A stretch of DNA of 63,575 nt, the filler included, from Phoronis australis (taxonomy: Eukaryota > Animalia > Phoronida), in the NCBI GenBank assembly GCA_002633005.1. It is 9 parts of 9 records of this genome, joined end to end, with 100 filler letters (N's around TTAATTAATTAA, not from the genome) between each part and the next. Parts side by side here need not be neighbours in the genome. Positions count along the whole stretch, not along the records: positions 9,437 to 12,271 come from NMRA01003392.1; positions 12,372 to 14,570 come from NMRA01003798.1; positions 14,671 to 35,119 come from NMRA01000761.1; 6 more parts are not named here. One strand, written 5' to 3'. The position numbers and the translations under genes are program-made. Shown here piece by piece: positions 10,547 through 20,619 of the stretch (positions are counted from its first letter, which is position 1; the number at the start of each line of letters is the position of its first letter). The notes beneath the pieces were generated by a model. It was given only the letters and a program-made list of their open reading frames with translations, ran no database searches and was not told where the DNA came from.

Positions 10547-13500
10547 GGTGCCGGTGTGTTGACCTAACCTCCTACAATGGACAATAACCGAGTGCTGAAA
10601 TTTACCAAGGAATGTCACCTGAACTCTGTTGAAGTGACAAGCAGCTCTGGAAAATCTAACACTTCAGCGCGACTCCTCACCTCAAAGAGCTCTCAGCATC
10701 AACAGCGACACTCTCAGGACGGAAGATAACTAATTCAGTCTCAACACAACACTAGGTTAAACACAACACTAGTATTGATTTCACACAAGCGCTCTTTGTC
10801 AGGCGCTTAATTACGATTCCATGCTTATATACTGAAACAGTTGATTTTCAAGAATGCTTTGGCAATTTGTTAGAAATCCGAATGCTTAATTATGCACCAC
10901 TGTTGCCTCGGCAACGTCAAGTTCATGACAAGCGTTCCGTCCAGTGACTACCAGACGCGGTAGGGGGTTCTGAGCATCTAATAACATCTATCTTCTTTGT
11001 TAACTGCCAAGCATACGCTTTTGTGTGTTATGACGACACGCAGGCCAATTATCTACCATGCTTATTACAGACCACGCGTAAACACAGTCAAACTCAGAGT
11101 GAATTGGTCTAGGCCTACGAGTTGGAAAAGAAAAGTCAATGGGTTTTTATATTCTTCTGACATAAAGCTTTTTTCGGTGCTGCCTAGATTTTCATACTAG
11201 CTGTGATTTTCGGGTTCAATTCACTTGAAGAAGAGCCGAGTGACGACGTGGAAGCTATGAATTGTTGAAAGTTTGTACTAGATTTGTATTTTGTTTAGCC
11301 CATAAATTTGTGGTTCTTTCGGCGCCAAGATACGATACGAACGAGCGGTGAAAAAGTACACAACGCTTCAATCATTTTTATTGTATGCTACGAACAGTCG
11401 ACACTAAAAGATCGATGCCTGATCGCTCCACCGATTCCCGTCACACAACGTTTTTACTGCAATCGAATCGTGATTGTCCAGAGTTGTGCACTGAACGAGG
11501 CACGTGCACGTGTTGCAGTGGCTTTCACCGTCGTCTAATCCGAATCTAACTGAGCCCGACTTTCTTTCTGTGTCCCGAAAGACGACTAGTGATCGACGTG
11601 GCCGGATTCGGCAGTAGGCCTACCGATCCATGTTGAGTAATTTTCCTGCCAGGCGAAGCCGGCAACCAGGTTATTCGGCAGTATATAACATTAGAAAGAA
11701 TTTACAGCTATCTCCTAACTCAAAATCCTGGATCCGCCCCTGCTTATACATGTATAGTAGTCAGATCTGCCTTACGGCCGGCCGACTGCGCAGCGACTCA
11801 GGACACATGCAGTTTGCAGCGGGATACTTAACTTGAATCGTTCCGTTTACAAACCGTGAATTATTCGTACAAATCGCAATTGTTTCGGGTAAATTACCGG
11901 TACAATGTACACCTGTACACATTCCTATAAAAACAGTTTTCGAATGCATAAGTGTTGTTGGCGTGCGGTTTGTGATCGTTTTCGTGTTCCAGGCGACGGT
12001 ATAAGCCACTGAATTCGTAGACGGATCGGTACAATTTTAACATATCTGTCAAAATTTTGCCTTTTCTTTCAGAGATCATTACGAGTGTCTACAGCTGCAA
12101 CATTGTAACAAGTTGTTCACGGATGCTTGCGATTGGCAACAATTTGGCGCTCCTTATGACTCGAAGGACTGAAAACTACATGGGAAGGCAGGATTAAAAC
12201 AAGAGGCACTAAGACACAGGCCGGCAAAGCACTTGGCATTACAGCCGCCCACAAAATTGATTTTTCTTTATNNNNNNNNNNNNNNNNNNNNNNNNNNNNN
12301 NNNNNNNNNNNNNNNTTAATTAATTAANNNNNNNNNNNNNNNNNNNNNNNNNNNNNNNNNNNNNNNNNNNNATTTGTGAATCGATTCTGACGGGTTACAT
12401 TCACAATCACGTTTAGGATCTCTCAGGTGTTGGGGGTAACAAAACCCCAAACGTTAGCGTAGTATTTGTCACACATAGGCTTATCCGCGATACTGATGAC
12501 ATCCTATTCGCTAATTTGTCATCTATTTCAAAAAAATTAAGACGACCATTATTTACTTGTGAATTCTAAAAACAGTCATGTTGGTCGTTTTCATTGCTTA
12601 TTTTAGGTTTTTGACTTTGAAACTCGAACGCTAAATAGGCCTGTTGGTTTACAACTGCAATTATTTTATCCAGCACATGCAGCCCATGAAAAGCAACTAG
12701 CTTACTGCAATCCGTGACGGCGCCATCAAGCCTCTACGTGCCGAAGACGTAGCTGGATACTCTGAGGTACATGTAAGCAATGCATGCTTAGTCGTGCGCA
12801 TGCGTGGAAATCCTAATGGCGAATGATTTGCCTAATGGGCAGAATCAGAACTTATCATCAGGTATGGAGCTCGCAAAGCCCATTTGAAGGACCGACCTCA
12901 CCATTGGAGAGATTCAACTTGTGAAAGTAATGACGGGGTGAATAACAAAGAGAGAACAACAAATAAACGCCCATGCTCAACAGTTTATATCCTGAAAATG
13001 CTAGGTTTGACCATTCATCGACACAAACGCTAGCTGTCACCTTGCTAACACAGGTAATGTTCATTGCACGTGCAACAACCTGGCAATAATCCAAGCTTTC
13101 ACATTTTCGAGTCCGTACATTTCACCCATTAAATTTTCTGTTCTTCACCTTTGAAGACTGAACTTTACATATAAATATGAAGTTTTCAATTGCTAATTGC
13201 ATCATGTTTTTGGCCATAGTAAGATGAAAAACGGACAATCGCCGCACAAATAAAAAGTTCATGTTCATTCAACGTTTCGTCTATTCATAAGACATCATCA
13301 GGATAGTATGCGCAATAAGACATTAAGTGTGGAATACCAGTCAAGTCACATCCATGTAGTGAAATGAAAGTAGCAAGAGATACAGGGAATAGTAAGTAGG
13401 TCATCACCATAGTTGTAGGGTTACTGAGCTCTGTATGTTTTTGAGAGAATCAGTAGCATGCTGGTCCTGAATGGCCAATGACTCCTTGATGTACAAGAAT

Positions 13501-13704
13501 TCCTTCATAAGTTCTTTATGTATAGTACTAACTGAATTGCCTTCGGTGGTTGTTGCTAACAATGCTTATAGATGTTACTTTTGTCGGAGGTGTTATGTTC
13601 TTTCAGCCTGTCACAGAGGCTGCTCTGTGTGCGAGTCCAACAAAAAATTAACAATGTTGGACCCCACATCGTGATTAAAATAATGTGTATGCTGTAATAG
13701 ATAC

Positions 13705-14010
13705 CTTGTTGGCTAGTTGTAGTACTGAGGTTCTTTACAAGTCCATACTTCGACGGTCCTTTTGGTCTTACGGATATGTTGTACGTCGAGTACGCAGACA
13801 CATTTGGGATGACGACACTTGTTATTTCATCATCGATAGACGTCCAGTTCATGGGAGGAGCCTGTGATCCATCACATTGTCCCTGTGACATTAACTGGTA
13901 CCGCCACTCGTAAGATTGAAGTTGGCAGCCATCGTCAGGTGGAGCTGTCCATTTGACTTTGAGAGTAGAATTGACTTCAGTAATGTTAAGTGAAGACACA
14001 GAAGCAAGAA
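13705..14010 (-). CDS. Internal exon encoding one fibronectin type III domain (receptor PTP/Tie-like ectodomain)
   Basis: Acceptor TTTCAG and donor CAAG|GTAT on the minus strand. Length is 306 nt with symmetric phase 1-1. Translation LKVKWTAPPDDGCQLQSYEWRY...VIPNVSAYSTYNISVRP has the FN3 W/Y/Y pattern. Confidence 0.8.
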
Positions 14011-14670
14011 CTGAAACAAATAATTCAAAACTCACTGAAATTGTTGTCTTATCACCTACTAGGTACATTGAACATTTGAACCTCCTGTCTGTGTAGGTGT
14101 ACAGAACGTGCTCGGTTCAACGAACGCTTTGTAATGTTTGCACAGCAAACGCTGTGGTGTGCTATGCAGTATTCTGAACCTAATGTAACAGTAGTGATAG
14201 ATTTGCATGTATAGCTTCATTGTATTGACTGCTGGAGAACCATATTTAGTGAAAACATCTACATTTACATTCCAGCCCACCTACAGGTTTTCATGATAAT
14301 TAACACTCGCATCATCTACTAAAATTTCATAAGATAACGAGCACCAAATGCTATGCTAAAAATCAGTCAACTCACAGTGGCGGCTCTAAGATGTCACAAG
14401 GGCGGGGGGCCCAACATTTTGTCTGTAAACATTTGAGCAAGGCACGATTGTAGATGCGCATAGCACGCAACGGGGGGAGGAAATTTTTCTGTTTTTTCCT
14501 CTAAAAATCAAGCATTTTCCTTGATTACCGAAGTATTATCCAAGAAAAAATGACCAAAAAAAAAAAAAAANNNNNNNNNNNNNNNNNNNNNNNNNNNNNN
14601 NNNNNNNNNNNNNNTTAATTAATTAANNNNNNNNNNNNNNNNNNNNNNNNNNNNNNNNNNNNNNNNNNNN

Positions 14671-14743
14671 GAATGAAAACTTAAGTTTTTCAGACCAAAA
14701 ACTTAAGTTTTTCGATGAAAACTTAAGTTCATTTTTGTAAGGG
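14671..14743. mobile_element. Right end of a third CCC-terminal TIR element, inserted into a Gypsy gag
   Basis: Ends TTTTTGTAAGGG (reverse complement CCCTTACAAAAA), preceded by three copies of the palindromic AA(A)ACTTAAGTT(TT) motif. The left part is lost in the gap. Confidence 0.6.
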
Positions 14744-15177
14744 ACTCTGGCTCCAACCCTGGCTTTCTGCGTATATCTTTCGAACCTTTCCAGGAAGTTG
14801 TCCATATCATCCTGCTTTTCATCAAACTTGGGTTGCTTCGGTTTTACGCCACCAGTTGGTCTAACATGGCTACCCCCTGCTGCAACATGTTCAGCTTTAA
14901 GTGCTGCCAGGGCCTTCTCGTGTTCCATTCTTTCTCTCTCCATCTGCTGTTCGGCTTCACGGGCTTGTCTCCTCTCCTCGGCCTCTCGCGCTCTCTGTTC
15001 AGCCAAGCGAGCTTGCTTCTTCTCCTCAGCCTTAGGAGCTTGCCTTCTCTCCTCAACCTCAGCCTCAGCACGGCCCTTGGCTTGCTGTTTTTCCATAAAC
15101 TGTCTGAGGTCGTCTCCCCGCAGACCCATTTCTTGTCCGAGGGCCATCAACTCTCTTAGTTGAGCTCTTGTCTCCAT
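14744..15177 (-). mobile_element. Truncated Gypsy gag N-terminus (Gmr1-like clade)
   Basis: MALGQEMGLRGDDLRQF, then an E/R-rich coiled coil, then PKQPKFDEKQDDMDNFLERFERY. It starts 40 bp downstream of an LTR. Confidence 0.75.
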
Positions 15178-15216
15178 AGTGAGTCGCTAATTCAAGGAGT
15201 CAACTTTATCACACCT

Positions 15217-15713
15217 TGTTACCGTCAGTACACTCCAGGCGTTTTCCGCCCGTGTGGGTGGGCGCAGGTGGTTACCAGCCGGTGCTAAAAGCTTTCGGCG
15301 CGACGATAGACTGAAAACTGGTTCGAGGTAATCGCTTTATTAATCTCGACCGTACGCTCACAAGCCTATTTAAACAAACGTCCGACGTAATGTCTGCTTT
15401 ATGCTCCAGCCAGTGCTGCAAAGCCTTGGCTTGTTGCGAACCTCGATCTGAGACACCTCCAGCAATTGTTACACTCGTTGACTCAATAACCTACTGTCTC
15501 TGTAGCTGGATCTATATTGATAATCGCTGTAACTACTGGTTTTCTTCACTGCAAATGAACTGCACTCCACTCAACTGTTCAACTGTTTACTCCAACTGCT
15601 AAAACAAATTACATCATCACTGTATTGACCTCAGGGGTCATGCCAATCAATAACAAAACAGAACAATAAAATAAAACCAAGAATAGTGTCAGTATAAATT
15701 CTAACAATGTCAC
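15217..15713 (-). mobile_element. 5' LTR of the Gypsy element
   Basis: Minus strand begins TGTGACA and ends GGTAACA. It contains a TTTAAATA box (~15366-73) and AATAAA (~15336-41), and lies directly upstream of gag. Confidence 0.6.
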
Positions 15714-16239
15714 AACTCGTGCCTAGACTGATGAACTCTGTGGGTGGAAGACCGGCCACGTTTTTTGGGGGTGCGTAATCTGTGTCCTGAATCCGACAGC
15801 ATGTTTAATGGCGGGCTGGAAATGTTTGGAGGTCCGTGAGCCGTGTTAATTAATAAGTCGGTGAATTCTATTTATTAAGTACGTGAGCCATTTTTACAGG
15901 AAAGGGATCTGCATATATGTTTATGGTAATCTAACCGAAGAGTCTTGCCAATATAACACTTCTGACTTAATTCTAGTTTGAGGACCAAAAGCATTAATCA
16001 TATGATTATATTTCATTTACAACATCTCATTTAAAACCTGTTTTGTAGTAAATCGAGCGTATTTGGTTAATGTTTAGCTAAAATGCTGCTTCGGATGGAG
16101 ATCATGCTTCCAAGATGATTACCTATCTTAAATCCAGCTTGATTTTAAATTATTGCTTAGAAGAGGCACTGTACTCTCACGATCAGTTGATATGAGGGAA
16201 CGGAAGAATTTGGGCGGGGAGCGCAAATAGGATTTTGGA

Positions 16240-16460
16240 TGTGGTAGTGGTGATGTTATTAGGGATGCTGGTGATGATGTCGGTGGTAACGATATTAAAA
16301 GATAATTACAACAAGGACGATTAGAAGAAGCACTATGACAATGATGTTAATGACCACGATAATACTGATGATTTAAATCGTGATGATGAAGATACATGAA
16401 GTGGTAGTGTTAGTGGTGATAATGATGGTGATGGTGCTGGTGACGGTGGCTGTGGTGAAT
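16240..16460. repeat. Degenerate (GAT/GGT)n low-complexity tract
   Basis: Runs such as gtggtgataatgatggtgatggtgctggtgacggtg. Confidence 0.7.
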
Positions 16461-16522
16461 CATCGTGGTCACGGACATATGCGCTCTGCCGTTGAGCTAA
16501 ATTTCACTCAATATGCAGCCAA

Positions 16523-16749
16523 GTTGAATGTGATAGACTTCCTGAAATTAATGGCTTTTACAATAAAAACTTTTGTGCTTTGTGATTTCACCACGAGTAG
16601 GCAGTTATCAGTGATAAAATCCCCGGTGTCGATTCCAATGTATATCTGCCGCAGACGACGGCGATAACTGCCTACTCGTGATGAAATCACAAAACACAAA
16701 TTTTTTTATAGTCAAAGACATTAATTTCAGGAAGTCTATCGCATTCAAC
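16523..16749. mobile_element. Foldback MITE with ~87-bp inverted arms
   Basis: GTTGAATGTGATAGACTTCCTGAAATTAATG...CACGAGTAGGCAGTTATC pairs with GATAACTGCCTACTCGTG...CATTAATTTCAGGAAGTCTATCGCATTCAAC around a ~50-nt loop. Confidence 0.8.
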
Positions 16750-17775
16750 AAAAATCTCAAGAATACGACTTTTGGTCGTAAAAACGGCAACATCCTTTTA
16801 ACTTCGAGCACCAAAGGTTCGCAAGTTGAAATAATGCATAAATATCAGCAGGCAACGCCCCCACTTGAACCGGGAGCGAGATCTACGCTTACTTCCCCTG
16901 TATTATAACATTCTTAATCAGCGAAAGGCGGGAAAGCCCTCACTCATGGAAAGAGGCCTGTCGAACCAGGTCGAAACGTCTGCGCCTAACCTGAACCGTC
17001 TCTAAGTAAGTGATTATCTTCTATTCCAAATGTTCGATTGAAATTCATCCAGGTATTGTGGAGAAATGAACAAAAAATATCCACTGCTGCTTAGCTTACG
17101 GTCCAATTTTATTCAATTTGTTATCAAAAGTCTCCCAGGGCACTGTTACATTGACATCATATGAAAATTTTCAAAAAAAAAATGTGGAAATAAAAAAATC
17201 AAAATGAAATATAATACAGCGCGTTTTGGACAGTTTCCACGGTATATGTATTTCTGGAATACGTATCACTTACGAAAACTGCATTCTACTTTATGAGAAA
17301 GAACGTGAGATAAAGGTTTCATAGTGCATTTTTCATTAAGACACAATTGCAATACCACACTCGATCAGAATTGTTTCCCCCATGATGACGACAACAAAGA
17401 GGAGGGCGTTTGTAGAAATTTCGGGTGGTCAAAAATACCATCTAAACACCATTTGAAGAAAAAACTATGATCAGATATTTAAGGTATATTCAAAAAATTC
17501 TATTTACAATTAACAAGACAAATTTCAGCTTTTATGTGTCTATGGGCGATACATATGTTCCACTATAAGTGAGCGCCTCCACACTGCATGCCTTCAAAAT
17601 TCACAATCACCCGCCTCCATTCTGGAATAATTTAGTGTGATGCCCCGTTTCAGTTCTGTGAGCGTATTTAGATTGATCTCCTACACTACATGTATGTCTT
17701 TCGCATTGCCCCAGAAGTCGGATTGTGCAGAGACTATTCTACGGCTGTTGTTTATAAAGCGTTAAATGGTTCTAA

Positions 17776-18640
17776 AACGAGTACATCCCCTATATCAAGG
17801 AAGACAAACGAAAAATTAAAAAAGATAAAAGATTTGGTCTTTGCAATGTTGGAAACACGTGTTTTGTGAACTCTACACTTCAAGCTACCTTTTCATGCAA
17901 CCTCAACTGGCACAAATACAATATCAACAAGAAAAACAATATGAAAACCATCCTTGTGAACACATATTAAGCAACTAAAAGGTATACATCAACTCCGTCT
18001 GAAATTTTGAATAAACTCAGATTACAGAACAACTCTCTTGGCAACGGAAGTCAACAGGATGCCCATGAATTTTTACTATGGTTACTGAACCAATGGCACG
18101 TAGACACACTTGCTCACAACACTGATAATGTAACGTCTGAGGTTACTAGTACCTTCCAACACTTAAAGAAGCAAACTAGGAGTTGTAATAACTGCTCAAC
18201 AACAAAGGGAAAAAACACAGATAGACTGGGAGTTGACCGTCTACCTCCCAAAGCTAAGGAAAGAAATAGGCCTAACTATGCAGGAGTTGTGGCACAGCTT
18301 GTGGACGTCGTTGGACATCGAGGACTTTAGTTGCCCACACTGTAATAGTTTCAGTGGCCAGCTCACATGGTCATTAGTAAAACCGCCAAAATACCTTTGT
18401 ATTCATATATTACGAACCGCGACTAATGGTGAAAAAATCAACACAAAGATTTCCTCGTATGACCTCTCCGGCTATAAAATAAAAGCAGTCATTGAACACC
18501 ATGGAAGAAACACGACGGGTGGTCATTACACATGCTGTGTTAAATCGTCAGCATGGAAATGGATAAATTTTGACGACTCTACAGTCACAAGTACATCCAA
18601 GCCTCCCCTGGATGCCTACATTGCAATATATGAATTATAA
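17776..18640 (+). pseudogene. Compact intronless ubiquitin-specific protease (peptidase C19/USP), disrupted
   Basis: Cys-box GLCNVGNTCFVNSTLQA at 17836, QQDAHEFL, CNNC and CPHC zinc ribbon, PKYLCIHILR, His-box AVIEHHG..GGHY, WINFDDSTV, AYIAIYE*. In-frame TAA at 17968 and a frameshift near 18210-18235. Confidence 0.85.
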
Positions 18641-19484
18641 AGCAACAAAGGAAATCAACATAAAAATATGGCGCAATTTCAACATCAACGTCGCATATCA
18701 CATCTGACGCAGCCAAGTCAAGTTATTTTTGAAATTCATTCTGGTACGGGAACTGGGGATAGTTAGGCCTATAAAAGATCTTTAACCCAGCCGCAGAGCG
18801 TCTAAAGCCGCGCACCGTACCAGTGACTGCTGGCAACTCATCGGAGACTCAACTTTAACATCCTTCGCCGCAGAGATAACAACTCTTGGGCTGTCTCCGG
18901 TGAGTCCATTCTTTGTTGAATGATGTTTAGGTAAANNNNNNNNNNNNNNNNNNNNNNNNNNNNNNNNNNNNNNNNNNNNNNNNNNNNNNNNNNNNNNNNN
19001 NNNNNNNNNNNNNNNNNNNNNNNNNNNNNNNNNNNNNNNNNNNNNNNNNNNNNNNNNNNNNNNNNNNNNNNNNNNNNNNNNNNNNNNNNNNNNNNNNNNN
19101 NNNNNNNNNNNNNNNNNNNNNNNNNNNNNNNNNNNNNNNNNNNNNNNNNNNNNNNNNNNNNNNNNNNNNNNNNNNNNNNNNNNNNNNNNNNNNNNNNNNN
19201 NNNNNNNNNNNNNNNNNNNNNNNNNNNNNNNNNNNNNNNNNNNNNNNNNNNNNNNNNNNNNNNNNNNNNNNNNNNNNNNNNNNNNNNNNNNNNNNNNNNN
19301 NNNNNNNNNNNNNNNNNNNNNNNNNNNNNNNNNNNNNNNNNNNNNNNNNNNNNNNNNNNNNNNNNNNNNNNNNNNNNNNNNNNNNNNNNNNNNNNNNNNN
19401 NNNNNNNNNNNNNNNNNNNNNNNNNNNNNNNNNNNNNNNNNNNNNNNNNNNNNNNNNNNNNNNNNNNNNNNNNNNNNNNNNNNN

Positions 19485-19526
19485 GGGGGGCCGGGCCCCC
19501 TGCCCCCCCCCCTAAATCCGCCTATG
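19485..19526. mobile_element. MITE right terminus
   Basis: CCCTAAATCCGCCTATG is the exact reverse complement of CATAGGCGGATTTAGGG at 57037. Confidence 0.55.
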
Positions 19527-19529
19527 GTG

Positions 19530-19690
19530 CTAAACGCGTAGTTTGGTTTAATTAACGCGCTCAGTTCTTAAAAGATCATCATTCTGCTCTTGTTCAGCAC
19601 GCGCTTTTGCTTAATCAACGCGTAGTTTTACTTAATCAACGCGTAGTTTTACTTAACGCGTAGTTTTACTTAATCAACGCGTTCTTTTAA
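19530..19690. repeat. Short ~21-bp tandem repeat (TTAATCAACGCGTAGTTTTAC)
   Basis: Three to four adjacent copies at 19611-19681, plus degenerate copies upstream. Confidence 0.75.
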
Positions 19691-19899
19691 TCAGTTCATA
19701 CAGCCCAATCACGCCTGTGCTCTCAAATCTCAAAACGGGGGAAGACTTTCGACATGGGTGCAAAGCAACTTTTGAAGAATGTTGCAGATTCTTATCGACT
19801 GACCGTGTACATGGTAACGCCGCTACCTACTGAATGTAAACTTGATTTAACTGAAACATATCGATTTACTAATTCAGCGCTTTGATTAAGTAAAACTAC

Positions 19900-20560
19900 G
19901 CATTTACAATACATGATTTATTACCCTTGGGGGACTTGTCCCTGAAATTAACCAGTTGGCTGCGCAGAGAATTAAGCGGTTTGTGGATGATTGAAATGTC
20001 AAACTTTTTAAATGTCCTCTTGAGGCGGTCAGAAAAACCCTGAACGTAGGGAATCACCACACGAGTAAGAGAACTCACGGTAGTCTTGTCCAGTTGGTTA
20101 ATGTCAAGGACAAGACCTCCAAGGGTAATAAATCATGTGTTGTCTATGGTGTTCAGTGTAAGGATTCCCAGTGCTCAGACAGTTACATAGGTAAAACGAA
20201 ACAGTCCATTAAAATGCGTATGCCACAACATCGTCGTCTTAGTTACGGGAACACTTATGATTCGGCTATTTTAGCCACCTGTGCGCCACTGGACATGATT
20301 TCGATAATGATGATGTCACTATCCTAGACTGTGAGGAAGACTGGTTCAGGAGGGGTGTAAATAAAGGTCTCCATGTGCGCATTGAGAGTCCCTCTTTAAA
20401 TAAAAGAGGCGGTTTAAGATTCGATTTCCAAACGCATGGGATGTTGTTCTGACTTCAATGGCGCGCCGTCTGGTCAAAACGCCACCAATTGGCCAGAACA
20501 ACGATAACGTCACAAGCCAAGCTGAAGTCCGTGAGATGTGAATGCAACGTTGCTTATTTT
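19900..20560. mobile_element. Penelope-like retroelement 3' remnant (linker + GIY-YIG endonuclease) with inverted 5' part
   Basis: Minus strand 19900-20078 reads VVIPYVQGFSDRLKRTFKKFDISIIHKPLNSLRSQLV. Plus strand from 20091 reads VVYGVQC..C.DSYIGKTKQSIKMRMPQHRR, then ILDCEEDWFRRGV..PSLNKRGGL in another frame. Confidence 0.85.
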
Positions 20561-20619
20561 TGTTAAGTTTTTATTCCAGTATTTTCCTTTTTGTGTATCT
20601 TTATAGAAACTTCCCGGCT

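Noticed and set aside
16380-16667. Hydrophobic ORF resembling a membrane peptide
   Set aside because: Translation of a GTG/ATG low-complexity tract plus a MITE arm.
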